Assembly: GCA_035707825.1 (NCBI GenBank)
Contig: DASSTR010000046.1
Span: 1 to 63,238 of the forward strand
Source of the DNA: Solirubrobacterales bacterium
Lineage (GTDB): Bacteria > Actinomycetota > Thermoleophilia > Solirubrobacterales > 70-9
Length of the DNA stretch: 63,238 nucleotides
Direction of reading: 5' to 3'
Each line of letters begins with the position of its first letter. Position 1 is the first letter of the stretch. Below, piece by piece: positions 50,967-60,116 of the stretch. A model generated the notes under the pieces. That model was not told where the DNA came from, ran no database searches, and saw only the letters and a program-made list of their open reading frames with translations. Made by a program: the position numbers and the translations under genes.

Positions 50967-53008
50967 TCCGCGTGGCCCAGCTGTGCCAGCCAGGCGCGGA
51001 AGACGCGGTGGACATGCTCGGCGCCAACCACCTCGTCGTCCGGCCAGTGCAGCTCGCTGGGGTGAAGGACGAAGGGAAAGCTCTGCGTCCCCCCCATCCC
51101 ACCGTGTGAGCCGACCAGCTCCTCGAAGGCGGCCACTTCGCCGAACTCCGGCCAGAGCGTGCTGTTGAGCATCAGGTCGGCGCAGTGCGGGAAGGAATCG
51201 GTGCGCAGCAGGTGCCGCGCGGCGTTGGGGCCGAAGGGCGCCAGCGGGTCCTCGCCATCGACGCGGTCCTCCGCCAGGAACCTGGTTCCACTCTTGCCGA
51301 CCGCCATCGCCCCGTGGCGCTCCGACCGCACCATCACGAAACCGATCCCGGGGTGCTCGCGGAGTGCCGGCAGGAGGCGCGGGTAGAGGGCTTCGAGCCG
51401 CTCCAGCGTCACCCGTCCCGGCTCACGAGGGAAGCTGATCAGGCCGAGGCAGCCGGAGGCCATCACCGAGAGCTCGGGCACCCCGTCCTCGTGGGCCGCT
51501 TCGATCTCGCGATGGGTCGCTTCGATCTCGCGCCGGGCGCCGGAGTCGAGGGCCACGGCCCCGTCCGCACGGCGCCCGCGAGTCGCCGCGCGCACCGTCG
51601 CGGCGGCCGCGGTGTCGTCGCGAGCCACCTCGGTCAGTCCGGCGCTCAAATAGGAGAGGGCGTCGTCGTCGCCTCCTTCGACGGCGATCGTGCTCTCGGC
51701 GTCGCAGGCCGAGCGCACGACGTCCTCGAGGGTCTCCCCGTAGCGGTCGCGGAAGGTTTCCCCCTGCGACTGACCGTGATCGGAGAGCACGACGAGGCGG
51801 TAGGGCCGCGGGGCGCTGGCGCAGGCGGTGGCGATCCTGGCGATCTGCCGATCGAGGTCGCTGAGCACGGCGAGAGCGTCGAAGCGTTCGACACCGGAGT
51901 GGTGGGCGACCTCGTCGTAGGCCAGGAAGGTCGTATAGATCGTCGGGCGGCCGGAGAGGACGTCGCCGACGACCGCGGCCACCTGCAGGTCCCGCTGCAC
52001 CACGGTCGCCCAGGCGCGGACCAAGGCGTAGGAGCGGCTGCGGTGGATCCGGGGGCGCACGTCGTCGCGAACCTGGTTGCGAGCGGCCCGGCGCTCCCGG
52101 GCGACCTCGGCGATGACGAGGGCCAGGGTCCGGGCGACCGCGTAGGGCCGGGCGAAATAGGCCGCGTAGTCGCTGCCGATCGGCCGGCGGCGACGGAGTG
52201 CGGTGCTCATCGTCAGCATCGAGTGCGGCGCGTCCCCGGAGAGGATGTTGGCCCGGCTCGCCCCATCGGCGTGCAGGAGCCCGCGCCCGTCCGAGTGCCG
52301 CCGCTCCAGCTCTTCGGCGTCGCGGGGATGGTTGGTGACGATTGCCGCGTCGCGGTCCTTCTCCCACCAGCGGAAGGCGGGCATGTCGTCGTTGCTGCCA
52401 TGCAGGAGACCTGCCTGGCAGGCGCCGGTCTGCGAGGACCAATCCGTTTCCCAGTGCTCGAGCCGGTGCGAGCCGGAGCGCAGCCAGGAGGCGAGGTGGG
52501 GCGCGCTGCCCGCGGCCATGGCGCGGTGCAGCACGTCATGGGCCAGGCCGTCGATCTCGAGGAAGAGGATGCCCGGCACGTCGCTGTGCACGGCCTGCTC
52601 GCGGCGGCGCATCTGGCGGCCGACGACGTTGCGGTACCAGGAGTCGTCCTCGTCGATCGAGAGCAGGGAATAGACGATCGCGGTGACCGCCGCCATCGCG
52701 ATCGTCACCAGAACGCCCTCGAAGAGCCCCGCGATTTCCCCACCGGGCAGGACGTCGATCGCGAAGGTGACGAGCAGGGCGTTGAGCAGCAGGCCCGCGA
52801 GGCCGAGCGTAAGGACGGTCAGGGGCAGCGCCAAACGGGCCAGGGCCGGCCAGACCAGGGCGTTCAAGGCGCCGATCAGGATCGCCGCCCCGAGTGCGGC
52901 CCTCGGGCCGTCGAGGACGAAGCCCGGCAGGATCTCCGACAGGAGCAGCAGCGTCAGCCCGTCGAGCAGGAGGACGAAGAGACCCCGTTTGACCTCTCGA
53001 AGGCTCAT
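50915..53008 (-). CDS. Fusion of a 4-TM holin-like domain (Phage_holin_4_2-like) and an alkaline-phosphatase/nucleotide-pyrophosphatase-like domain
   Basis: ORF track. N-terminal segment GAAILIGALNALVWPALARLALPLTVLTLGLAGLLLNALLV. Core segments GILFLEIDGLAHD, AYDEVAHHSG and VVLSDHGQSQG. In-frame 21-nt duplication at 51497-51538. The 3' end overlaps the convergent MBL gene by 52 nt. Confidence 0.8.
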   Translation of the reverse strand: MSLREVKRGLFVLLLDGLTLLLLSEILPGFVLDGPRAALGAAILIGALNALVWPALARLALPLTVLTLGLAGLLLNALLVTFAIDVLPGGEIAGLFEGVLVTIAMAAVTAIVYSLLSIDEDDSWYRNVVGRQMRRREQAVHSDVPGILFLEIDGLAHDVLHRAMAAGSAPHLASWLRSGSHRLEHWETDWSSQTGACQAGLLHGSNDDMPAFRWWEKDRDAAIVTNHPRDAEELERRHSDGRGLLHADGASRANILSGDAPHSMLTMSTALRRRRPIGSDYAAYFARPYAVARTLALVIAEVARERRAARNQVRDDVRPRIHRSRSYALVRAWATVVQRDLQVAAVVGDVLSGRPTIYTTFLAYDEVAHHSGVERFDALAVLSDLDRQIARIATACASAPRPYRLVVLSDHGQSQGETFRDRYGETLEDVVRSACDAESTIAVEGGDDDALSYLSAGLTEVARDDTAAAATVRAATRGRRADGAVALDSGARREIEATHREIEAAHEDGVPELSVMASGCLGLISFPREPGRVTLERLEALYPRLLPALREHPGIGFVMVRSERHGAMAVGKSGTRFLAEDRVDGEDPLAPFGPNAARHLLRTDSFPHCADLMLNSTLWPEFGEVAAFEELVGSHGGMGGTQSFPFVLHPSELHWPDDEVVGAEHVHRVFRAWLAQLGHADYESEAASPGASTRTSV

Positions 53009-53092
53009 CGCCCACCCAGCGCGGGCCGGACTGTCGTCTCCCCCATCGCGCTGAGTCTAAGCCGCCGGCCGCCGGCCTCGGCCGCCCTGCCC

Positions 53093-53515
53093 CTACTGAG
53101 CCAGTTCGACGACCGCCCTTTGGGCGCCGGGAAGGGCGCGCGCCGCTGCCGGCCCGAGGATTCGCCGCCAGAAGAAGGCGAGCCGGCCCTCTATATAGAT
53201 GGTGTTCGTGAGGCGGCTGCCTCCCACAGGCGTCGGCTCGAGGAGATGCCTATGCCCCATGCGGGAGCCGGGTAGGCGCGCCTCGTCAGTGAAGAGGCGC
53301 CCGTCCTCGAACTCGACTACGCGAAAGCGGAGCCGCAGGCCGGTCTTGAAGACGATGCGCGCTCGAGCGCCTTCGCGCAGCGGCCCGTCGAGCTGCGCGC
53401 TCTTCAGCTCCGTATTCCAGCGCGGCCAGGCATCCGCGTCGGCGTAAGCGAGCCGCCAGATCGCGGACGGCTCCACCTCGGTCTCCAGGGTGCTCGTCGT
53501 CTCCCAGCGACTCAC
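53093..53515 (-). CDS. SRPBCC (polyketide-cyclase/START-like) family protein
   Basis: ORF track. 140 aa. Segment PSAIWRLAYADADAWPRWNTELKSAQLDGPLREGARARI. 4-nt overlap with the upstream tetR gene. Confidence 0.7.
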   Translation of the reverse strand: MSRWETTSTLETEVEPSAIWRLAYADADAWPRWNTELKSAQLDGPLREGARARIVFKTGLRLRFRVVEFEDGRLFTDEARLPGSRMGHRHLLEPTPVGGSRLTNTIYIEGRLAFFWRRILGPAAARALPGAQRAVVELAQ

Positions 53516-54120
53516 TTGTAGAGGCCTTCCTTCAGCAATTCCACGTTCGCGTCGACCCAGCGGTCGAGTTGCTCCGGATCGAGCAGCGCCCGCCCCAGCG
53601 TCTGCTCGAGCAACGGCATGAAGCTCAGCGGCGCCCAGATCAGGAAGAAGTGCTGAAGGGTCGCCCAGAGCCGGTCGGCATCCGCGCGAAGCGCTCCACC
53701 CTCGGCGAGCAAATCGATCTCGGCGCGACCGCCCTCGATCATGGCCCTGAAAAGAGCAGCGCTCCCGGCGGTGCCCTCGACCAGCGCTCTGCCCAGGTAG
53801 GCGCAGACGTCGGGGCGTTCCGCCATCACCCTGGCCGTCTGCCCGGCGCGCCGGCGCAGAAGGTCGCCGCCCGCCTCCGGGCTAACCGCCTCCGGCTCGC
53901 CCGCCGCGTAGGCGTCGCCGAACTCCCGCAGGGCCGCCTCGTCAACCGCGGCGACAAGTCCCTCCTTGCCCCCGAAGTGGTGGACCACCAGGGCCGGTGA
54001 GACCCCGGCCGCCTTCGCGACCCGGCGGAGAGAGGTCGTCTCGATGCCGGACTCCCCAAACAGGCGAAGGGCAGACTCGACGATTTCCTCTCGACTCGAT
54101 TGGGCGGCGGCTGAACGCAT
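53512..54120 (-). CDS. TetR-family transcriptional regulator
   Basis: ORF-track frame 53512..54186. Start moved to the ATG at 54120. HTH segment EEIVESALRLFGESGIETTSLRRVAKAAGVSPALVVHHFGGKEGL. Confidence 0.85.
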   Translation of the reverse strand: MRSAAAQSSREEIVESALRLFGESGIETTSLRRVAKAAGVSPALVVHHFGGKEGLVAAVDEAALREFGDAYAAGEPEAVSPEAGGDLLRRRAGQTARVMAERPDVCAYLGRALVEGTAGSAALFRAMIEGGRAEIDLLAEGGALRADADRLWATLQHFFLIWAPLSFMPLLEQTLGRALLDPEQLDRWVDANVELLKEGLYK

Positions 54121-54196
54121 GTTCAACCTCACTGTACACGTGTTCAATGAGAGGGCTCTCTGTAACAACCGTCTGTCGGGGGACATCTATCTGCAG

Positions 54197-54781
54197 ATGC
54201 CCCCCGCCGGCGATCAGGCCCAAGCCCAGGAATCAACACCGGATCGCCGCTTCGAGCGCTGCTTCCGCGACAACTACGCCGCGGTCCTCGCCTTCGCGAT
54301 TCGCCGCCTGCCCGACCGGGCCGCGGCCGAGGACGCGGCAGCCGAGACCTTTGCGGTCGTATGGCGCCGCCGCGACCTGATCCCCGAGGAGCCGCTGCCG
54401 TGGGTCTTCGGCATCGCCCTGCGGGTGGTCGCCAACCAGCGGCGCTCGGGGCAGCGCCGGCGGCGGTTGGACGAGCGGCTCGAACGCGAAGCCGGCGCAC
54501 GGGCGGCCTCGCGGGAGCCGGTCGACGATCTGCACCGCCGCGACGCCTTCTCGCACGCCTTCGGCCGCCTCGGTGAGGGCGAGCGGGAGATCCTGCGCCT
54601 GGTCGCATGGGATGGCCTCGATGCCCGCGAGGCCGCCGACGTCCTCGGCTGCTCCACGGCTGCCTTCCGGGTGCGCCTGCACAGGGCGCGCCGCAAGCTC
54701 GCGAAACATCTCGAGGCGGCCGGACATTCACCTGATGAGCGCCCGGCCCGGGCGTCCAATCCCGCCGAGGAGGCAAGTTGA
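54197..54781 (+). CDS. ECF-type RNA polymerase sigma factor
   Basis: Lower part of ORF-track frame 53966..54781, ATG at 54197. Region 2 segment AETFAVVWRRRDLIPEEPLPWVFGIALRVVANQRR. Region 4 segment EILRLVAWDGLDAREAADVLGCSTAAFRVRLHRARRKL. Confidence 0.85.
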   Translation: MPPAGDQAQAQESTPDRRFERCFRDNYAAVLAFAIRRLPDRAAAEDAAAETFAVVWRRRDLIPEEPLPWVFGIALRVVANQRRSGQRRRRLDERLEREAGARAASREPVDDLHRRDAFSHAFGRLGEGEREILRLVAWDGLDAREAADVLGCSTAAFRVRLHRARRKLAKHLEAAGHSPDERPARASNPAEEAS

Positions 54782-56028
54782 GTCGCAAGCGCCAAAAGAT
54801 CGACCCGCTCGCCGCGATGGCGGAGGCGAACCCGCTCCCAGCCGCCGACGCCGAAGCGATGGTCGGCGCGAAGGACCTGGAGCGGGCGCTGGAGCGAGCC
54901 GTGGCGCTGGGGCGCGAGCCGTCCCAACCGAAAGCCACGCTCGGCGGGGACAGGAAGAGCGGAGCCCGCTCGCTCGGCGGGGACAGGAAGAGCGGAGCCC
55001 GCTCCCCCGTCGCCCCGGACCGTGGGGGGCACCGGCGAGCCACCCTCGGCCTCGGCCTCGGCCTCGCGGCGGTGGCCGCGATCGCCGCGCTGCTCGTCGT
55101 CGGGGACTGGCTCGGCGGGTCCGGCAGCGGACGGCCCGAGTTCGCCGCGGCGGCGATCCGGGTGGCCGAAGCCAACCCGCGCCTGCTCGTCACCGAGCCC
55201 GGCTGGAAGATCGTCCGCGCCGACGAATTCGAACCCGACAGCGGCGAACTGACCTTCAGCGACGGTAGTCGCCACTTCGAAATCCACTGGTATCCGGCGC
55301 GGCTCTACCGCCAGTACCTGCACGACCGCGCCAACGTGAGCCGCCCGGAAGAGGGCGACCTGCTGGGACACCGGTCGACGACCGTCGCCTACTCGCCGGA
55401 GGAATACGCAACGATGCTCTCCCCCCAGGGCCAGGTCTTCGTCGAGGTTCGCGGCCGCCTCGGCACCAGGCGCGCCTACGAGGAGATCCTGCAATCGCTG
55501 CGCCCGGTCGATGTGAGGACGTGGCTCGACGCGATGCCGCCGAGCACCGTTCGTCCGGAAGCGCGGGCGAAGGCCGTGGACCAGATGCTGCGCGGCATCC
55601 CGGTGCCGCCGGGGTTCGATGCCGCCGCGCTGCGGAGCGAAGACTCGATAGCCGACCACTCCTCGCTTGCCGTCAAGGTCGGCAATGCGGTCGCCTGCAG
55701 CTGGGCCGAGAGCTGGATCGCCGCCCGGGCCGCCGGCGATGGGGCCGCCGCCCGGCAAGCCGTCGATGCCATGGCGGGCTCGGCGGACTGGCCGATCGTG
55801 CGCAAGACCAAAGTTCCCTGGTTCACGAACTACGGGGTCGTCACCCGGGAGATGCGGGCGGGGCACCTCAACCGCGACCCCGCCGGCTACGAAATCAAAA
55901 CCGATGGAAGGACCTTCGCCTTCGGCCCCGCCTGGAAGCTGACCCTCGGCTGCGGCGGGACCTACCACCGCGAAGTCGACGGCATCCCGGGCGAAGGGCC
56001 AACTCCAGGACAGCCCGGCAGTCGGTAA
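54778..56028 (+). CDS. Single-pass membrane protein, possible non-canonical anti-sigma factor (hypothetical)
   Basis: ORF track. The TTG start overlaps the sigma stop. About 95-aa cytoplasmic N-terminus, TM helix LGLGLGLAAVAAIAALLVVG, and about 300 aa of unassigned extracytoplasmic domain. In-frame 33-nt duplication at 54940-55005. Confidence 0.5.
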   Translation: MSRKRQKIDPLAAMAEANPLPAADAEAMVGAKDLERALERAVALGREPSQPKATLGGDRKSGARSLGGDRKSGARSPVAPDRGGHRRATLGLGLGLAAVAAIAALLVVGDWLGGSGSGRPEFAAAAIRVAEANPRLLVTEPGWKIVRADEFEPDSGELTFSDGSRHFEIHWYPARLYRQYLHDRANVSRPEEGDLLGHRSTTVAYSPEEYATMLSPQGQVFVEVRGRLGTRRAYEEILQSLRPVDVRTWLDAMPPSTVRPEARAKAVDQMLRGIPVPPGFDAAALRSEDSIADHSSLAVKVGNAVACSWAESWIAARAAGDGAAARQAVDAMAGSADWPIVRKTKVPWFTNYGVVTREMRAGHLNRDPAGYEIKTDGRTFAFGPAWKLTLGCGGTYHREVDGIPGEGPTPGQPGSR

Positions 56029-56073
56029 GCGCCCTCGCGCCTACCGCTCGCGCCTACCGCTCGCACTCTTTGC

Positions 56074-56964
56074 CTACCGCTCGCACCCTCTGATCGAATC
56101 CGCGCCGGCGCCGCCACGGCAGCGGTCGATGCCGCGCCCACCGCGCAGGCGATCGGCGCCCCGGTTGCCCTTGAGGACATCCGGCCCGGCGCCGCCGCGC
56201 AGCACATCGGGCCCGCCGCGACCGAAGAGGCGATCCGCCCCCGCGCCGCCGAAGACGCGATCGAGCGCGCCGCCGGCAACCACGCGGTCCGCGCCCCGTC
56301 CGGCGCAGATCAAGTCGCGGCCACCGCGTGAAGCGATCGTGTCGTTGCCCCGGAAGGTGGCGATCACGTCGCGGCCGCCCGTACCTGTGATGACGTCGTT
56401 GCCGGCCGTTCCCGCGATCGAGACGGCGACGCCGCGGCAGGTGGCCGCCGGCCCGATGACGCTGGTCGTCGCAGTGGCTTTGTCATTCGAGGCCACCGAG
56501 TCCTTCTGGTCCCCCTTTACCGAGGCGGTGTTCTTGATCGTGCCCGTCTTGCGGGGGATCACCGAGATGGCCACCGTCGCGGGGCCTCCGTAGTTGATTC
56601 CCGACCCAATCTGGCCGAGCTCGCAGGTGACTTTCTTTCCCTTGCTCGCGCATCTGCCCACCGACGCCGTCGCGGAAACGAGGTCGACCTCCTTCGGAAG
56701 GTCATCGGTGACCCGCACGCCGGTCGCGTTGTCGGGTCCGAGGTTCTGCACCCCGATCGTGTAGGTGAGGATGGATCCGACGCTAACCGGGTCGGGAGCA
56801 TCCGACTTCGTGATCGCCAGGTTCGCCGAACCGCTTTTGGCCGCCATGCCGCCGGCGGTGAAAAGCGCCATCGCCAGCCCCAGCGCGGCCAGTAGCGCCA
56901 GGGGCGCCCCCCGGCGCCACTGGCGCCTGGAGACCAACCGAGAGCTTGATCCTGAGCCACGCAT
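56074..56964 (-). CDS. Secreted DUF11-domain protein with C-terminal RTX-like calcium-binding repeats
   Basis: ORF track. Signal peptide. ITKSDAPDPVSVGSILTYTIGVQNLGPDNATGVRVTDDLP is DUF11-like. It then has about 9 GGxGxD-type nonapeptides (GTAGNDVITGTGGRDVI...GGAGADRLFGRGGPDVLRGGAGPDVL...). Confidence 0.8.
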   Translation of the reverse strand: MRGSGSSSRLVSRRQWRRGAPLALLAALGLAMALFTAGGMAAKSGSANLAITKSDAPDPVSVGSILTYTIGVQNLGPDNATGVRVTDDLPKEVDLVSATASVGRCASKGKKVTCELGQIGSGINYGGPATVAISVIPRKTGTIKNTASVKGDQKDSVASNDKATATTSVIGPAATCRGVAVSIAGTAGNDVITGTGGRDVIATFRGNDTIASRGGRDLICAGRGADRVVAGGALDRVFGGAGADRLFGRGGPDVLRGGAGPDVLKGNRGADRLRGGRGIDRCRGGAGADSIRGCER

Positions 56965-57036
56965 CGCTTCTCCTCCCGCACGTTCGATTCAGGCGCCCGG
57001 ACCTCGGGGTCCGGATCCGCCTCTCCATTTCCCTAT

Positions 57037-57080
57037 CCGCGTTTCATCCATTTCCCCTGCCGCTCATGGATGAAACGCGG
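57037..57080. promoter_or_regulatory. Perfect 15-bp inverted repeat CCGCGTTTCATCCAT-N14-ATGGATGAAACGCGG
   Basis: Arms at 57037-57051 and 57066-57080. It sits between the ABC permease stop (57108) and the DUF11/RTX gene start (56964), both on the minus strand. Confidence 0.6.
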
Positions 57081-57107
57081 AGGCGCCGGCTTTGTCAGCC
57101 CTTAGAG

Positions 57108-57899
57108 CTACCCGGCCAGGTCGCGGCGCTCGAACAGCCAGGCGCCCAGGACCGCGAGGAGGCACGCTCCGACGGTCACGCCTATGAATGAGATCGGGTC
57201 GATCCCGTCTTCGATCGCGTTGCCGTAGTACTTGAAGACGGACGCGTAACGGATGCCGGAGAGGTCGGGGTCGAGGCGACCCACGAGGTCGATCACGTAC
57301 ATCGTCACCAGCACGCCGGCGACCGCACCGGTGACGAGGGTGGTACGGGACGAAAAGCCGGCCGCGACGACACCGAGGCCGGCGAAGACCAGGGCCAGCG
57401 GCCAGACGTTCGCGTAGCCGGCGATCGCCGCGGAGAGCGAGAGGTGAGCGCCGGCGACGAGGCTGCCGAGGGCGGTGAGGATGACAGTCAGGACGAGCAC
57501 GATCGCCAACTCGACCGCGGTCGCGGCAAAGCTCGCCGCCGCGATCCGGGAACGCGAGACGGGGGCCGAAAGCAGCACGTCGAGCCGACCGCTTTCGGCG
57601 GCGCCCGAGAGGCCGCTGGCCACGGCGCGCACCGCCAGATAGCCGAGCGCCAACGGCACGATCAGGCTCAGCATCTCGGCGTGCAGGTACTGCTCGACGC
57701 TGGTCAGCTCGCCGATCCCGAATGCTTCCCTCAAGGCCGGCGGGTAATTCTCGACCGCCTTGGAAAGCGCCCCTTCGACCGAGGGGAAGATGAGGACGAT
57801 GAAAGCCGACCAGATGCCGAGCGGGATGCCCCAGGCAAGCAGCGAGCGGCGGCGGTCGGAGAGATGGCTGCCGATCAGCGCCGCCAGCTGCGAGCTCAT
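57108..57899 (-). CDS. ABC-2-type exporter permease
   Basis: ORF track. 6 TM helices. 4-nt overlap with the upstream ATPase gene. Confidence 0.7.
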   Translation of the reverse strand: MSSQLAALIGSHLSDRRRSLLAWGIPLGIWSAFIVLIFPSVEGALSKAVENYPPALREAFGIGELTSVEQYLHAEMLSLIVPLALGYLAVRAVASGLSGAAESGRLDVLLSAPVSRSRIAAASFAATAVELAIVLVLTVILTALGSLVAGAHLSLSAAIAGYANVWPLALVFAGLGVVAAGFSSRTTLVTGAVAGVLVTMYVIDLVGRLDPDLSGIRYASVFKYYGNAIEDGIDPISFIGVTVGACLLAVLGAWLFERRDLAG

Positions 57900-58789
57900 G
57901 CCGTTCCCCCCTCGTAGTAGGTGAGAAAGACCTCCTCGAGAGTTGGATGGGTCAGCTCCATGTCGAGGACGCGATGCGCCGCGATCGCCTTCAGCATCGG
58001 GTCCAGGTCACCGGCCGCCTTGAAGGAGAGCTTGGCGCCCTCGACGCGCAGATCGCTCACCCCTTCGATCGCCCGCAGCGCGGCGGCCAGGGCGTCGGTG
58101 TCGGCAACCTCGACGACGGCGGTTCGGCGCGCCTTGCCGAGCAGCTCGTCGATCCGCTCGACGGCGATCAGCCTCCCCTCTCTGACGATGCCGACCCGGT
58201 CACAGACCCTCTCCACCTCGTCCAACTCGTGTGAGGAGATGAAGACGGTGCAGCCTCGCTCGCGCTCTTCCTTCACCAGCGACAGGAACTCCTCCTGCAT
58301 AAGGGGGTCGAGCCCGCTGGTGGGCTCGTCGAGGATCAGCAGCTCCGGGGAATGGAAGGTCGCGAGGATCAGGCCGACCTTCTGGCGGTTGCCTCGCGAC
58401 AGCTCGCCGAGCGGCCGGTCCAGATCGGCGCGAAAGCGCTTGGCGAGGGCCTCGGCGCGGCCGAGGTCATTCATGCCCCGCAGACGGGCAAGCAGCCGCA
58501 GCGCCTCGCGCCCACTCGCCTGCTTGCCGTAGCCGAAGTCGCCCGGCAGGTTGCCAAGGCGGGCGCGGATCGCAACGCTCTCGCGCCTGCTGTCGAGGTC
58601 GAAGAGGCGGGCGCTGCCGCTGGTCGGGTGCAGAAGGTCCAGCAGGGTGCGAATCGTCGTCGTCTTGCCCGCACCGTTGGGCCCCAGGAAGCCGAACACT
58701 TCGGCGGCCCGCACCGCGAAGCTGACGTCCTCTATGCCGCGCGAACCCCCGTAGCTCTTGGTGAGCTGCTCGGTTTCGATAACCGCCAT
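57896..58789 (-). CDS. ABC transporter ATP-binding protein
   Basis: ORF track. Walker A GPNGAGKTT, signature LSRGNRQK, Walker B ILDEPTSG. Confidence 0.92.
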   Translation of the reverse strand: MAVIETEQLTKSYGGSRGIEDVSFAVRAAEVFGFLGPNGAGKTTTIRTLLDLLHPTSGSARLFDLDSRRESVAIRARLGNLPGDFGYGKQASGREALRLLARLRGMNDLGRAEALAKRFRADLDRPLGELSRGNRQKVGLILATFHSPELLILDEPTSGLDPLMQEEFLSLVKEERERGCTVFISSHELDEVERVCDRVGIVREGRLIAVERIDELLGKARRTAVVEVADTDALAAALRAIEGVSDLRVEGAKLSFKAAGDLDPMLKAIAAHRVLDMELTHPTLEEVFLTYYEGGTA

Positions 58790-58810
58790 ACCCGCGAGAC
58801 TAGTGCCCCC

Positions 58811-60109
58811 ATGTCCAAGTCACGAGCTCACAGAACCCCGGGACGCCACACGCACTGGCGGCTCAGCAGTCGGCGCCACCTCCTGCTCCGCGGTGGCACG
58901 GCGGCCGCACTCCTCGCCGTGGTCGGGCCCGGCCTGCTTGCCGGGCTCTCCGACGACGACCCCGCGGGCATCACCACCTACTCGATCCTCGGCGCCAAAT
59001 ACGGCTATGAGCTGCTCTGGGTCCTGGCGCTCTCAACCGCTGCGCTGATCGTCTTCCACGAGCTGGGGGTGAGGCTGGGCATCGTCACCGGCAAGGGGCT
59101 GATGACGTTGGTGCGCGAGCGCCACGGTCCCCGGGCCGCCGCGGTCGTCGTCTCGGCACTGGTCATCTCGAACACGGGCACGCTCTGCGCCGAGTTCGCC
59201 GGCGTCGCGGCCGGGATGCAGCTGCTGGGAGGAATGAGCAAGTACCTCAGCGTTCCGCTGGCGGCCGCCGGCGTCTCGGCGCTGGTCCTGCGCGAGAACT
59301 TCCGCCATGTCGAGCATTTCCTGCTCGCGCTCAGCTCCGTCTTCGTCGCCTACATCGTCGCGGGGCTCCTCGCCCACCCCGACTGGGGAGAGGCGGCCAA
59401 GGGGCTGGTCGTTCCGAGCATTCCCCTGACCCGCGACGCGATGCTCGTCGCGGTGGCGACCGTCGGCACGACCCTCGCTCCCTGGGGGCTCGCCTTCATC
59501 CAGTCCTATGCCGTCGACAAGCGCCTGCGGGTCGAGGACCTGCGCTTCGAGCGCATCGACGTCGTCGTCGGAGCCGTCCTGACCGGCGTGATCGGCCTCT
59601 TCGTCGTCGTCGCCTGCGCCGCCACCCTGCATCCCGCGGGGATCGAAATCGAGGACGCTCGTGACGCGGCCCTGGCCCTCGAGCCCCTCGCCGGAGGCGC
59701 CGCCGCGAGCCTCTTCGGGCTCGGCTTCCTCGGCGCGGCGCTGCTGGCCGCCGCCATCGTGCCGCTCTCGACCGCCTACTCGATCTCCGAGGCCCTCGGC
59801 AGGCGCGCCGACCTTGACGACAGCTTCGCCGAGGCGCGCGCCTTCTACCTGAGCTTCGGCGTCGTGGCTGCGGTCGCCGCGACGATCGTCCTCATCCCGG
59901 GCGCGCCGTTGATCGAGCTCCTCTTCCTGAGCCAGGCGCTCAACGCCGTGCTGCTGCTCGTCATCCTGCCCTTCCTCCGCTCCCTCGCGGCCGATGCCGA
60001 GCTGATGGGAGCGCATGCCCTGGGAAGGCGGGGCCGCTGGATCACGGGCGTCGCCTTCGCCGCGATCGCGGCCTCGGTGCTCGCGCTGGGCGTGCTGGCC
60101 CTGGCCTGA
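58811..60109 (+). CDS. NRAMP-family divalent metal transporter
   Basis: Lower part of ORF-track frame 58352..60109, ATG at 58811. Segments GLSDDDPAGITTYS and VGTTLAPWGLAFIQS. About 11 TM helices. Confidence 0.88.
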   Translation: MSKSRAHRTPGRHTHWRLSSRRHLLLRGGTAAALLAVVGPGLLAGLSDDDPAGITTYSILGAKYGYELLWVLALSTAALIVFHELGVRLGIVTGKGLMTLVRERHGPRAAAVVVSALVISNTGTLCAEFAGVAAGMQLLGGMSKYLSVPLAAAGVSALVLRENFRHVEHFLLALSSVFVAYIVAGLLAHPDWGEAAKGLVVPSIPLTRDAMLVAVATVGTTLAPWGLAFIQSYAVDKRLRVEDLRFERIDVVVGAVLTGVIGLFVVVACAATLHPAGIEIEDARDAALALEPLAGGAAASLFGLGFLGAALLAAAIVPLSTAYSISEALGRRADLDDSFAEARAFYLSFGVVAAVAATIVLIPGAPLIELLFLSQALNAVLLLVILPFLRSLAADAELMGAHALGRRGRWITGVAFAAIAASVLALGVLALA

Positions 60110-60116
60110 GCCGCCG

